Source: a virus (lineage: Duplodnaviria; Heunggongvirae; Uroviricota; Caudoviricetes). From it: a DNA stretch of 64,000 nucleotides. Made by a program: the position numbers and the translations under genes. How positions within the stretch are numbered: the first letter of the stretch is position 1; each line of letters opens with the position of its first letter. The stretch lies in IMG/VR virus record IMGVR_UViG_3300037453_000152, one strand, 5' to 3'. This document shows positions 40,939 to 52,314 of this stretch, one piece after another. The notes under the pieces were generated by a model. The model searched no databases. It worked only from the letters and a program-made list of their open reading frames with translations, and had not been told where the DNA came from.

Positions 40939-41868
40939 CTTTTTAGATAAAGGCTGAATTAATTCATCCTACAACTATTCAATAAATTTATCTATGCTGG
41001 CAGAAAACTTTTCTGCCTTATTTCCAGCAAAAAACATAGATGAAATTGCCTACTTTATAGTTTCCTACTCACTTCCACTTTCAATTAAAAACTAAATTTT
41101 TAAAACACTATCTATTCCATTAACAATGGTAATAAAATCCATAAGTCTGGCATCTTTAAATTTTACCTATACCATTAAATTGTCGCCGCCTTTAAATCCA
41201 CTTATATTATCTAACTATAAATTCTAATAAAAATAATGCTACCATTGTTTTCTAAAATGATCAATAGCATCCAAAGATTCAATCAAATGTCCTTTATTAA
41301 ATATAGATGGAGTTGTAGGTCTCTTTTTTTGATATAATCCATACTTATCTCGTTTTTCTTTTGGAGGAACAAAATATCCCTTGGTTTTTGCCGGAGACAT
41401 TGAATTTAAAATCTTATTATAATGTTCATTAAATATTTGCATATATTGCAATTTTCTATTATCATCTTTCTCAATAATATTTTTCACTTGTCCCTCTAAA
41501 ATAGCAAATTTACTTTTTTGAGAAAAAGAAATAACGCTTCTCAAATCAGTAGAACCAATTTCAATTCCTTCAATGCCATTTTTAGTTTCTATAAATAGAT
41601 GATATTTTAATTGTTCATTAGTAATTATATATCGTATCTACTAAATAATTTCATAAGCTTCAAATAATAGCTCTCTTGAATATTTATCTTCAGTTTCCAT
41701 TGAATAATAAGTATTTTCATCTTTTTTATAAATAACCTAGTGAACTTTTATTTTATCCTTTACATACTTTAAACGTGCAAAATATGGTTTTAAACTATTT
41801 GTAAGAACAGTTTGGGTTTCATCTGTTTCCAATTTCAAAACATCATTATAAACATCTGAATACTCCAT
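40930..41868 (-). CDS. Hypothetical protein, 312 aa, with 12 in-frame TAG (code 15)
   Basis: SD AGGAG, ATG 41868, in frame with fragment 41239-41544, TAA at 40930. Confidence 0.6.
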
Positions 41869-41892
41869 ACTCCATCTCCTTTCTCACCTAAT

Positions 41893-41927
41893 AAAAAAAT
41901 GGGAGAAGACTTGCGTCTCCTCCCATT
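41893..41927 (-). terminator. Terminator after the major tail protein gene
   Basis: Minus strand reads AATGGGAGGAGAC-GCAA-GTCTTCTCCCATTTTTTT. Confidence 0.75.
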
Positions 41928-41939
41928 AAGAAGTTTAGA

Positions 41940-43055
41940 TTAATAAAGGGCCTCGATGAAAGGCTTCTGTGTAGTATTGTAATTAGTATCTTCTGCATCA
42001 TGCTCGGTGCCAAGGCGCTCAAAGTCTAATGTAGCGGTACTAGTATCAATAACCTAAATGGCAGCAAATACTTTCTTAACTTTATTCCAACGAGTATAAT
42101 CAGGGAATGCGTCCATTGTGAAAGTAAAGGTTGATGGATCGCCAGAAGAGGCCATTGAGAAGGTGAAGTTAGACTGAATCTTGCAGTTAGGAATAACAAA
42201 TTCAGCAGGCATATCAACACCATTAGTATCACGGAACAAAGTAGAAGCTTCAAGATAGAAGTTACCACCAAAGCTGTCTGGAGTAATATCAACTTCAAAA
42301 GCTCCACTTGAACGCTCAACATAATAATCAACAAGGACAACGGAGCAATCTTCAAAAGTAGCTAAATTGTTATGACGAGTAGTATCGTCTGACTTTGCAG
42401 TATCTGTAGCATAAATTTTTACTTTATATACATTATGAGTGCTTCCTGTCGGCTCAGCGACTTCCTCAACATCAACTTCTGAAGCAATATAAGGCTCAGA
42501 AGCAACCTCTCCGTGAGCATCTAGCGTCATAACATAAATAAAATCTTCTAATTTATCTGCTTTTCCTGGAACAAGTGTAGACTGTGCTTCCTAATTCTCG
42601 CCAGTAGTAGTAGTAGTAGTATCTGCCGTGACATTTTTACCAAGATATGGATTTTCTGATAATGTAATGGTCACATAGTCAATTGTTGTGTCATTATCAG
42701 AGCCAGTCTTATGAACACTAATCTTATCAGTACGTTCAGTAGTATGAGTAACAATTTTATTATCAGAACTAGCTTCAATTAAACCAGCACCGGTTAAGAT
42801 AGAAAATCCAACGGGGGAAATTAAAGCATCTTCCATTGTAAAGGTTACAGTACGTTCGCCTTCCCAAGCGACCAAACGAGCATTGCCACGTCCGCCTTGG
42901 GCATATACAGTACTGGAAGCGCCTTCAAGAGAAGAAGTCTTTAAACTATCAAAATAGATAACTGGCTCATTTCTATAGAAAACCTTATTACCAACTTTCA
43001 TTGCTGCCTTTGCTTTTAAAACTACATCGCAAATTTCACGAACACCAAATTTCAT
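41940..43055 (-). CDS. Major tail (tube) protein, 371 aa (code 15)
   Basis: Fragments 42591-43055 and 42054-42530 are in one frame. Motifs YAQGGRGNARLVAWEGER and SGDPSTFTFTMDAFPDY. Strong SD and a downstream terminator. Confidence 0.8.
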
Positions 43056-43076
43056 GGTAATTTTTCCTCCTTTTTA

Positions 43077-43808
43077 TTAATGAATATTTTTCATCCAATT
43101 ATCTGGCTTGGATTCGGGTTTGCCACCCGCCAAGCGAGAACGAATATCTAAATCCCAATTGACATACAAAGTATATCTTTCCACAAGATCAAATAACTAA
43201 TACATTGTGAGATTTAAGCAATCTTCTAATGACATTGAAGGAATTCCAATAGTAAGCACTGATGTATATTGAACAAAAATGCTACTATTTCCTTCATTTT
43301 TCTGCGCCGCAACGCGTTGCCGCGCGCGCATCAGCTTTTCCGCAATTTCCTTAGCTTTTTTACTTTGTGGATTGAAATTCTATGTATCCATTTGGCTGCT
43401 GTTTAGACAGAAAATATCAGAAGCAACTTTCTAAATAATATCAAAATTTGATTCATCAATCATCTAGGTAAAATCTTGATTTGAAATTATTAAAGATCTT
43501 GGAGTTAATGAAATTTTATAATTTGGAAAAATCAACTATAATAACTACATTACTGCATTTTTCTTATCAATTGCTTCTTTTTCTGTCATTATCATCATAA
43601 ATATCTAAAAATTATTTCTATCTGTTAAAAGAGTTTCGTCCTCAATATTTATCATATTTTTATTAACATTTAAACATTGCACTCCAACAAAAAAATCAAT
43701 ATCGCCTATCAAGGCAATTTCTTTTATTGTTGGCTGATGTATTACTAACTGTAACTCAGGAATCGGGATATCAGTTCCTGCCATTAAAGCCAAGCGATAA
43801 TCAAACAT
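43077..43808 (-). CDS. Conserved virion-module protein, 243 aa (code 15)
   Basis: MFDYRLAL... reads through several TAGs to ...PDNWMKNIH-TAA. Overlaps the stop of the upstream gene. Confidence 0.65.
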
Positions 43809-44385
43809 TAAAAATCTTATTAAAATTATTAATAATGTCTTGCTAATCGGCAGGATTTAATGCATTCTTCTTATCCTCTTCTCCATGAATTGCCTAATAC
43901 ATTAAGCAAAAACCAGCAAATTCATCTGTTAATACAATTTGGTTTGCCCCAAGAAATTGAAGAGTTCCAATTCCTGTTAAATGTTTATCATTAAACATTG
44001 AATCAATTTCTGCGGCGATGCGATAAGGACGTAATTGAAAATCTTTTAAGTTCCACTAATCAAAATGACATACAATATCAAATTCAATAATATTGTCTCT
44101 AAATTCAGGATTTGTCATGTTCTAAGTAAAATTATCAAAACTGATAATTAAATAATTTAAAACTGAGCTATCAACTAAAAGTTTCGGCACAATCTTAATA
44201 TTTTTACCAAACATCGCAAAACTATCATCTTCTGAAACATCTGGTTTTGAAAGACAATCGTTCGTTGTATAGAACAACAGCTTCTTTAATCTTTCATTTT
44301 TTAAAATATAACTAACAATGATTCCTAAATCTTTTTCAACAGATAGAAAACTTGATTTAGGGAACTAATAACTTTCTATTTTCAT
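43801..44385 (-). CDS. Probable tail terminator/completion protein, 194 aa (code 15; absent from the standard-code track)
   Basis: SD AGGAG, TAG at codon 7, RPYRIAAEIDSMF..LTGIGTLQF motif, TGA at 43801. Confidence 0.6.
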
Positions 44386-44410
44386 TACACAAAACTCCTT
44401 TAACTCTTAA

Positions 44411-45457
44411 TTAAAACAATGATTCAACCACAACTGTTTTTGTTAAACCAGCAAAATGTAAATCAAATTGGCCGCTATAAGAAGCAACCCATTTTAGAGT
44501 TATTGAATTCCCATCAACTGTATATTCAACTGGTAATTTTTTATCTAATTCCCAGGTATATTCCGAATTATTAAAACCAGTATAGGTGTAAGTATATTGA
44601 CGCTTTGGCTTTATGAATGTCTCACCGTCAATCAGACGTTCTACTCTAGCAGTATTAACATCTGTGTCTTTAATCGCTAGAGCGCCAACAATACCATTTT
44701 CAATATCGTCTTCTGTCTCATTTGCGTAGTATTCAACAGCTGCGATTTCTAATATGCCGGGAGTGCTAATCCAGTCAAAGGCTTCAACTCTCCAGCAAAC
44801 TGAATCATTTTGTAAATAAAATTTACTGTATCTCTAAAAATACTTTTTAGTTTCTTCAGTTAATGGCATTAAAATGTTTAAAGACAGATTTGGATTGTCA
44901 ACACTAATTCCATGTTTCTAAATATAATCAATCTTAGTTTCAACAGGACCTCGAACTGCGGCATAAGTATTATGTATACCGTCTTCGTCTTGCCAACTAA
45001 TTTCGTATCTACATCTTCTAATATCACCACGAAAATATGCCAATTCAGTTAAATCCTATAAATAAATTAACCAATGTGTATTAGTATTGCACCACTCAAA
45101 AACATCTCCAACCTAAAAGCCATACTCAAAACCAACTGAGATAATTTTGTCATCATAATCTTGCTTTAATTTATTTGGATTAATTAAAGCGCGAACAGGT
45201 TCTTCATTATCAAAACTATCAATTTTCTTAACAAAAGCTCCTTGATAAGAATACAAAACTGCTTTATCAAGCGTTCTGCGTTTACTCCTTATCATTCTAT
45301 CCTGTTGCGGATAACCGCCCAGATGAACGAGCTATTGTCTCAAAATATCCATACCAACAAATTTATCTTGTTCATTTGGTAAATTACTTTCGCTATCTAA
45401 TAAATTAACTCTGCCAGCCATTAGACGTAAACTTTTATTCAAAAGATGATTTGTCAT
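44411..45457 (-). CDS. Probable head-tail joining (stopper-like) protein, 348 aa (code 15)
   Basis: ATG 45457 is in frame with fragment 45113-45295. GFQVGDVFEW..WLIYLQ..YFRG motif. TAA at 44411. Confidence 0.58.
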
Positions 45458-45752
45458 TTTTTAACAATCCTCTCAATAATCCAATAGCTTCAAATACTGT
45501 TTTTCTATATAAACTAAAATCTACTTCAACAGACTTTAATCCTTGAAGTTTAGAAAGCAACTATAAAAATTGCGGATCCTCTTTAAATAACTCTTCAAGG
45601 CCCGCAATTTCTAATACAACAGTATTTAATTGTTTAATCCAATCTTCTTCATTCTCACGCATTGGAATTAACTTCCATAGTTGATTTGTTAATCTACTAA
45701 CATTTTTTTCTACTACTTCTTTACTAAATGTAATATTTAAAAACTCATTCAT
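45435..45752 (-). CDS. Hypothetical virion-module protein, 105 aa (code 15)
   Basis: ATG 45752 lies right after the upstream stop. One internal TAG, TAA at 45435. Confidence 0.58.
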
Positions 45753-45753
45753 A

Positions 45754-46353
45754 TTAGTGATAAGTATTAAAAACTTTCCAGTTAGAAATATATCTTTGCT
45801 GATTATTTTTATCAATAATCAACTTGCGGCGCTTATATAGGCGCTACATGTGCAATGATTGTCTATTACATTCGCTCAATAAAGAAAGTAATTTTTGTAG
45901 ATGGTTAGCTTGAGAAGTCATTTTAAAATCAGAACCAGAATACTTCATGCGAGTATTCTCAATAGAGGTTACTTGTCGTTGTGTCCAAGCACACATCATT
46001 AATATTGCAAGAATATTAATTTCTTCCTGTGTTAAAGTAAGATTAAAGTGCGAATTATCAACAATAACCCTTTGAGTACCATCAAAATTTTCATCCAGTT
46101 CTTCCCAAACGACGCCTAAAATAAAATCAGTTTCAGCGACATCTTCTTCATTTGTAACTTTAACTTCTTCAGTATAATTAAATAAATTAACTCTAGGAAA
46201 TTCAAACCCTGGTAATGCTTGAAGCAATAAAGAATGTAAATCTCTTAATGTATCTTGAGGAGTTAATTCAACATACATATCATCAGTAATTTTTCCAAGA
46301 AAACAATCATAAATGGCGGCGAATTTTGTGGTAGTAATATTTCCTTCCATCAC
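45754..46353 (-). CDS. Probable head-tail adaptor protein, 199 aa (code 15)
   Basis: Track ORF extends through TAG (HM-Q-RLYKRRK) to TAA at 45754. EINILA..M..W and MKYSGSDFK motifs. Confidence 0.6.
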
Positions 46354-46368
46354 AACGCCTCCTAATTA

Positions 46369-46956
46369 TTAATTTGCTCTACTAACTACGTTATATTTAG
46401 AACCTGTTGTTCTACGAGCAGTTGATGGCTTCTCTTCTTCTTGTTGCTTGACCCTGCGCTGCGCGGTCTGTTGCTCCTGCGCGCCGGCCGCATTCAATTC
46501 GGCTTGTTCTTCTTGCTTTGCTTGAATTGCTCTAGCAATATTGATTCCAGTCTTCTCTTTAAACGCTTCCATCTTAGAAGTATCGGTAAGAGGAAGCTCA
46601 ACACTAAGATTTTTAATTAAATCAATAACTCCACTTGGAGCAAAATCTAAGCAATCAAGCCATTCATCCATAGAGCCATTTTGAATCAGTTTCTTTACAT
46701 CCTCTGCGGACATATTATACTCTGGTTCAACTTTACCAATCAACTCTTCTCGCATTTCAGCATCACTAATCTGTAAGTAGTCGCGCAATAAAACATTACC
46801 GCCGGGAACATAAGTTAAATTTCTTAATTCTTCAGAAGAAATTCTCTTTGTCTCTCCTGGCTAAAAACTTCTCATTTTAATACCCATATCTGGAATAGCA
46901 TAAACCACTTCTCCAGCACTACGATTAGTTACTAAATAAACTTTATTGTCTGCCAT
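46369..46956 (-). CDS. Conserved protein downstream of the capsid gene, 195 aa (code 15)
   Basis: ATG 46956 (MADNKVYLVTNRS) with SD AAAGGAG, one internal TAG, TAA at 46369. Confidence 0.65.
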
Positions 46957-46990
46957 ATTAAAAAACTCCTTTATCTCCATTTTTTTTATT

Positions 46991-47020
46991 ATAAAGGGGA
47001 ATTAAAAAATTCCCCTTTAT
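46991..47020 (-). terminator. Terminator-like hairpin after the capsid / capsid-extension ORFs
   Basis: ATAAAGGGGAATT-AAAA-AATTCCCCTTTAT. Confidence 0.6.
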
Positions 47021-47034
47021 AATTATTATAATTA

Positions 47035-47433
47035 TTATTCATCAATGAATGTAACGTTAATTACAATATCATCGTGACCTGCTGCGCCAATAGTAATTGT
47101 TCTTGGCTCGGATACCAGAACGTCGGCCTTGCCCCAGAACACAATGTGTCCGGCGCCAAGTCCAATAGAAGCAGCCTCATCAGCATCTGCCTGAGTTAGC
47201 TCTGAGCCATCCCAAGTTGCGCCAACGATTGTGTCAAGTCCGGTATCAATGTCAAGAGCGAACCACTTATGAGTTCCTTGAGATGCGACAGAAGAAGCAA
47301 ATTCCTCTAATTCATCTAAGTCGCCCTTTACAGTGATATTATTACCATCTTTAGTTACAGTAACTTTACCCTGATTTACCAAGAAATCCTTCTCGGGATC
47401 AGCAGCTACAGGAGTTACCGAAATCAGTTTCCC
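47035..47433 (-). CDS. C-terminal extension of the major capsid protein, reached by a predicted -1 ribosomal frameshift
   Basis: ORF has no SD or ATG of its own. Its frame is open back to the G GGA AAC heptamer (47433-47427) immediately before the MCP TGA. Confidence 0.7.
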   Translation of the reverse strand, partial: GKLISVTPVAADPEKDFLVNQGKVTVTKDGNNITVKGDLDELEEFASSVASQGTHKWFALDIDTGLDTIVGATWDGSELTQADADEAASIGLGAGHIVFWGKADVLVSEPRTITIGAAGHDDIVINVTFIDE

Positions 47434-48569
47434 GAGTTCGATCCACCCTCGGTATTTTCGCTACCAGAGGTAGTAGTTACACTACCAGATACAACGACAG
47501 TGTTTTGAACAGTGTCGGTCAGTGCGAAGCTACCATTCTTCACTAAGCTAGTATCCTTATAAGCGTGAATAGCATTGTCCATCATGCAGACAACACCGAC
47601 CTTCTCATATACGTGAATGTCATGAGACCAGTCGTAATTTTCAAACTCATTAGTATAAACATCGCCCTCAAAAGCGATCTTTACAGGCTTGGTATCGGCA
47701 TTGGAAGGAACAATCCAGCAGAAAGCAGGATCAAGAACCTTCTCGGTTCCGAAGGCGTCCTTATACTGGTTAGGCATAATAACAACGTTCTCACCCTTAT
47801 AACCAGTCAGACGGCCAGTGCGATAAAGTTCATCCTTCATGGCCTCGGTATATCTCCAAGCCTCTTGAGGAATCATCTTTACAGCGAATTCATTGGTGCA
47901 ATAAATGGTAACATTACCATACATCTTAGCACGATTTAACAAAGCATCAAAAGCGGTCTCATTGAAACCAGCAGAAGTAACAACGTTGCTAGCTGGGAGC
48001 TGATAAATACCTTCAGCAAGAGCCTCTCCAACCTCTTCAAAGATGAGATCTTCAATGCCTTCATAAATGATATTTACTAACTCAGCCCAGTCAACACGAC
48101 CATCTAAGAACTCTTCAAAGCCAATCTGAGCGGCTCCGCCGATAGCAGAGGTAGGAACCTCAAAGCTCTCCTGAGCAGAACCAAGCTTGAAGATCTCGTA
48201 GACGCCGGCCAGACCGACTCTAGTAATGAACTGCTTGCCGCGATTGCGGTTACGTGATAAAGTCTTACGACGGAACAGTGGCTTTTCACCCTGTGCGAAG
48301 TGCTTAACTTCTGCCCACTGCTCATAATTTAATTTAATTCTTTCTGGAACAACCTCAGAAAGGGTTTCCTCAATAATACGGAAAATAGTTAACTTATTTT
48401 CTCTATAAGTACGGAAGTCAGGAGCCAACTCTTTAAATTGAGCGCGTAATGTTTCCTGAACTTCATCATAGCTAAAGTTTTCGCCCTTTACGCTATAAGC
48501 TACGGGGTTAGAACGATTAGCTTTTGCGCCAATTTTTGCTAATTGAATAAAATCACGAGTTTCTAACAT
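47424..48569 (-). CDS. Major capsid protein, 381 aa
   Basis: Follows portal, protease/scaffold and decoration genes. Strong SD, no TAG, highly biased codons, and an HK97-like layout (FAEVKHFAQGEK, FEVPT..IGGA..I.FEEFL). Confidence 0.85.
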   Translation of the reverse strand: MLETRDFIQLAKIGAKANRSNPVAYSVKGENFSYDEVQETLRAQFKELAPDFRTYRENKLTIFRIIEETLSEVVPERIKLNYEQWAEVKHFAQGEKPLFRRKTLSRNRNRGKQFITRVGLAGVYEIFKLGSAQESFEVPTSAIGGAAQIGFEEFLDGRVDWAELVNIIYEGIEDLIFEEVGEALAEGIYQLPASNVVTSAGFNETAFDALLNRAKMYGNVTIYCTNEFAVKMIPQEAWRYTEAMKDELYRTGRLTGYKGENVVIMPNQYKDAFGTEKVLDPAFCWIVPSNADTKPVKIAFEGDVYTNEFENYDWSHDIHVYEKVGVVCMMDNAIHAYKDTSLVKNGSFALTDTVQNTVVVSGSVTTTSGSENTEGGSNSGN

Positions 48570-48591
48570 TATCTTTCTCTCCTTTCTTCTA

Positions 48592-49317
48592 TTACTGAAT
48601 TCTTAATAACTTAACAGCAGGCTGACGATCGCCAAGGTCATAAACCTTAACAACTTGCCACTTCATATCAGCAGCATCGGCTCCCGCTCTAGCGAGATAG
48701 CCATCAGCGCCTGGAGTTAATAACATGCCGGGCTGAAGAGAACCAGGAGCCTCAGCAATGGTATTAGTAGTGAAAATATCACCAACATTAGTCTTTAAAA
48801 CACGAGGAACCATAACAGTGCCCTCGGGCATCTTCTTTGGTCCGCCGTAGTCATAGGTAGCACCAAAAGGATTGTTTGTGGAGTCAACCTCATAAGGATC
48901 GGCCTCGGTAACAACCTTACGAATAGCATTACCCTGAGCATCAACGCCGCCATAATAGCGAGGCTGAGTCAGCTGCTTGTCTAACTTAGTGCCATCAATA
49001 GGACTGTAAATACGAGCAACATAGTTATCTCTAATCATAGCGAAGTCAGCATCACTCTGACCATCTCTATAAACCTTTACCTCATTGAAAACTAACATCC
49101 ATTCGGTAGGATCATTCTCGCCGGTGCCAAAATCAACGACTTCTTTGGCATAATTATACTTTACAAACTGACCATTCTCAAGGATGTTGATGTTTGCGTC
49201 TGCGGGTAATTGAGCATAAATCTGACCAGTTCTCTGAGCAGATAGATGGTTAGGTTCAACTTGACCGTAGCCGCGAGTTACATAAAGTGCTTTTTCACTT
49301 AATCTTGTTTTAGCCAT
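48592..49317 (-). CDS. Probable capsid decoration/cement protein, 241 aa
   Basis: Lies between scaffold and MCP, as in SPbeta-like head modules. GYGQVEPN..LPA..ENG motif, no TAG, TAA stop. Confidence 0.6.
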   Translation of the reverse strand: MAKTRLSEKALYVTRGYGQVEPNHLSAQRTGQIYAQLPADANINILENGQFVKYNYAKEVVDFGTGENDPTEWMLVFNEVKVYRDGQSDADFAMIRDNYVARIYSPIDGTKLDKQLTQPRYYGGVDAQGNAIRKVVTEADPYEVDSTNNPFGATYDYGGPKKMPEGTVMVPRVLKTNVGDIFTTNTIAEAPGSLQPGMLLTPGADGYLARAGADAADMKWQVVKVYDLGDRQPAVKLLRIQ

Positions 49318-49335
49318 CTTTTCTTTCCTCCTATT

Positions 49336-50676
49336 TTAATTTTCTTTTTCTTTGGTTTTACGAAGAGCCTTTAACCAACCAGGAACTTGTAAATCATCTT
49401 CGTTTGTATCGTCACTAAAACTATATGTAGTTTCAGTCACCTGTTGATTAGCATCTTCTGAAAGATTTAATTTGTGGTCTACACAAATAATTGAAAGCTT
49501 GGCTTTAATATCATCAATAGAATATGCTTCAATATTATTTTGAACGTCTTCTTTATCTTCTGCAGATAACATATAAAAACTATCAATCATAGCCTGTTTT
49601 TCTTCAATATCCTTAGTCTTTTTAAATTCTACTAATGTATTATATTCTGCTTCCATAGCATTAAACCGATTAGTTAAATCGTTAAAACGATTTTCTAACT
49701 CGGAATAATTGTTCTGTAAAGTTTGAAAATCATCTAAATTAAATGAAACATTTTCGCCCTGATTTTCATCATTATTTTCTTCGGCAGCGTCATCTTCTTC
49801 TTCTTCTTCAACGACTTCTTCCTCTTCAGTTTGTTCTGCCGCAGAATATTCTTGAACGGGGTTATTCTCCAATTCCTCCTGAATCTCTGGCTGCTCTTCA
49901 GCCCCGGGCGCAAGTTCATCAGTTACAACCACTTCTTCAACAACGTCTTCTTCATTGACTACAACTTCTTCCTCGGTTGTAACAACACTTACGTTTTCAT
50001 TGTCCATTAATGAATTTCCTCCTTTCAAATTTTTAACTTCTTTCATTAGCCGATAAATTTTTTCATTGAAATTATCATCTAATGAAAAATGGGTAATATT
50101 TGCACCTTCAAAGCAAGGTTCAAAATCTTCGCCCAAGATACATAATTTAGAGATTACTGCTTCATTAATAATGAAAAATTCCATACCATCTTTATCACTA
50201 ATTGTCCAAGAGCCATCTAAAGAATTTTCATCTAATTCCATAGATTGATTATTACCTCTCTCAATAATTCTCTTGGCTTCTGGATACTAACCAGTCCAAA
50301 GGTAACCTTCGGTTACCATATAAGTATGAACAACACCATCATCTAAGTAATCCTAAAACCATACCTTGGCATTAAGATCAACAAAACCATAAGGCCTTGT
50401 AGTATCCTCAAATTTTAATACTCCACCACTAATTTCAATTCTTCTATTATGCTCTTCAAAGTCTCCAGTGTTTTCATTATAAAATCCAACAATTGGGCTA
50501 CCTGGTAATGAATTAGCCATCTCTCTAGCAACGTCTTTAGTAATAACACTACCATTGCGATTTGGCTTATCGCCCACATAGCAAACTTTAATCTAACATC
50601 TTGAAATTAAAGGATTTAAAGGAGTAAGATTAATTAACTCACAAGGAGTATTGATTAAAATACTTGAATGTGACAT
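49336..50676 (-). CDS. Prohead protease-scaffold protein, 446 aa (code 15)
   Basis: ATG 50676 is in frame with 50577 and 50241. NRNGS, PIVG.Y, EGYLWT, QSMEL and LCILG..EPCFEGA motifs, then an acidic coiled-coil C-terminus. Confidence 0.78.
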
Positions 50677-50692
50677 TTTCTTCTTCCCTTCC

Positions 50693-52294
50693 TTAACTCA
50701 TAGATTCTTTATTCTATATTGTCTTCTCAGATAACTCTGATTCTTCTTTTTGGGGTCTTCCTGTAGAACCTTCATTTTTATTCTAATTAGATTGATTTCT
50801 ATTGCCCAAATTTTGTATATCTTCTGCTGATAGCGTTGAAGACATTAAAGGAGGAAGCATAAGTTCACTCAAGTGTAAAATATTATTCTCAAAATGCGCA
50901 GCATTGAGAATGAAACTCTGTGATTGCCCAAGGGCAATCTGCGCAAGCATCTTTGATGCTCCATTACGCATTTGGTCTTGATACAGTTTAGATAATGCCT
51001 AATAATTAAACTATGTAGTCTCCAGCATATAAAATCTAAAATTCCATTTCTTTTTATTACTACTTCTCTATTGTGCAATCTTGTCTAAGAATAATTGAAC
51101 CTAGAAAAATAAATTTCTTAACTAACTTTCATCTGCTAAAATAGATTTTTCCAAAGATAAATTACCAGATGTATTAAAGATATTTCTAGAAGTTCCCATC
51201 GCATTAAATACTGCACGTTCGGCATTGTCAAGCGTATTATCTTTTGATGTAACTGTTGAGTCTGAAACATCAATACTATCAATGTCCGCAAAAGTTGTTA
51301 AAACATCAACGCCAATAGCGCGAGATAACATATCAACAGCATTATTATGAATATCTCTTGCTTCATCAACATCAAAGATTAAATCACCATTTTTATCCAG
51401 CGGCAACTTCTAAACAATAATTTTTAATAACTATTGTAACTATCTCTGTCTATCAATACCCTAAGAAATCTTTAAATCAATAATTTCTGGAATAGCATTA
51501 ACAAAAAATGGAGCATCATTCATTCCAAAAATTGAGAACTTAAAGGCGCAGGCTGGGTCTAATAAATACCAATGTCCCCAAGCTGGCTCTGTTGGACCGG
51601 GTCTCATAATATCATCTGGTGGTAGCTTATGCTACACGTAAAGCTAATACCCTTTCTTAAACTCTGGAGGGAATAAATCCAACATTTTATATCTATATTT
51701 TTCATCAGGGAACTTCGCATCAAAAAATCGCATATCAAATTCAACAGCGTCAATGCCAGCGATGCGATACCTTGAACGGCACCACTTCCAAGGCAAATCT
51801 TGAACAATTAAACCATGCTCACCAGCATAAGCATATCCATAACAGACGCCATCTTTAATAACTTTTAAAAACCATTCGCCGCAATTCTTCTTAATCTAAC
51901 TATTATCAAAAAAATCTAAGACCTTAATAGTATCAGAAATAATTTTATCATCTTTAATATTCTCACTAAATGTCTATGCCGCAACATACCAATCAAATCT
52001 ATACATTGTAGCAAAATAATTTACAACCTTCTAATAAATACCGTTAGAGCGATAAAAATAATCAGATATTTCTCGCAAAGTAACAATGTCATTATTCATA
52101 AAAGCCTAAATGACAAAATCTTTATTTTCAAAATTAATCTTATTAAACCTTGTTTCGTCGTTTAGAAATTTAATAGTAGCATCTTCATAGGCTTTTGTGC
52201 CAATCTTAACTTTGACATACTCCGTCTCTCTGCGATCACTAACTAAGTTAAAACCCTTTTTATGGATAGAATTTAGTCTTTCTTCTGTGCTCAA
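50693..52294 (-). CDS. Portal protein, 533 aa (code 15)
   Basis: TTG start after GGAGG. Fragments at 52294, 51406 and 50971 are in one frame. Position after terminase and a C-terminal GRP..E tail. TAA at 50693. Confidence 0.78.
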
Positions 52295-52314
52295 TTTTTA
52301 TCCTCCTTTCTTTA

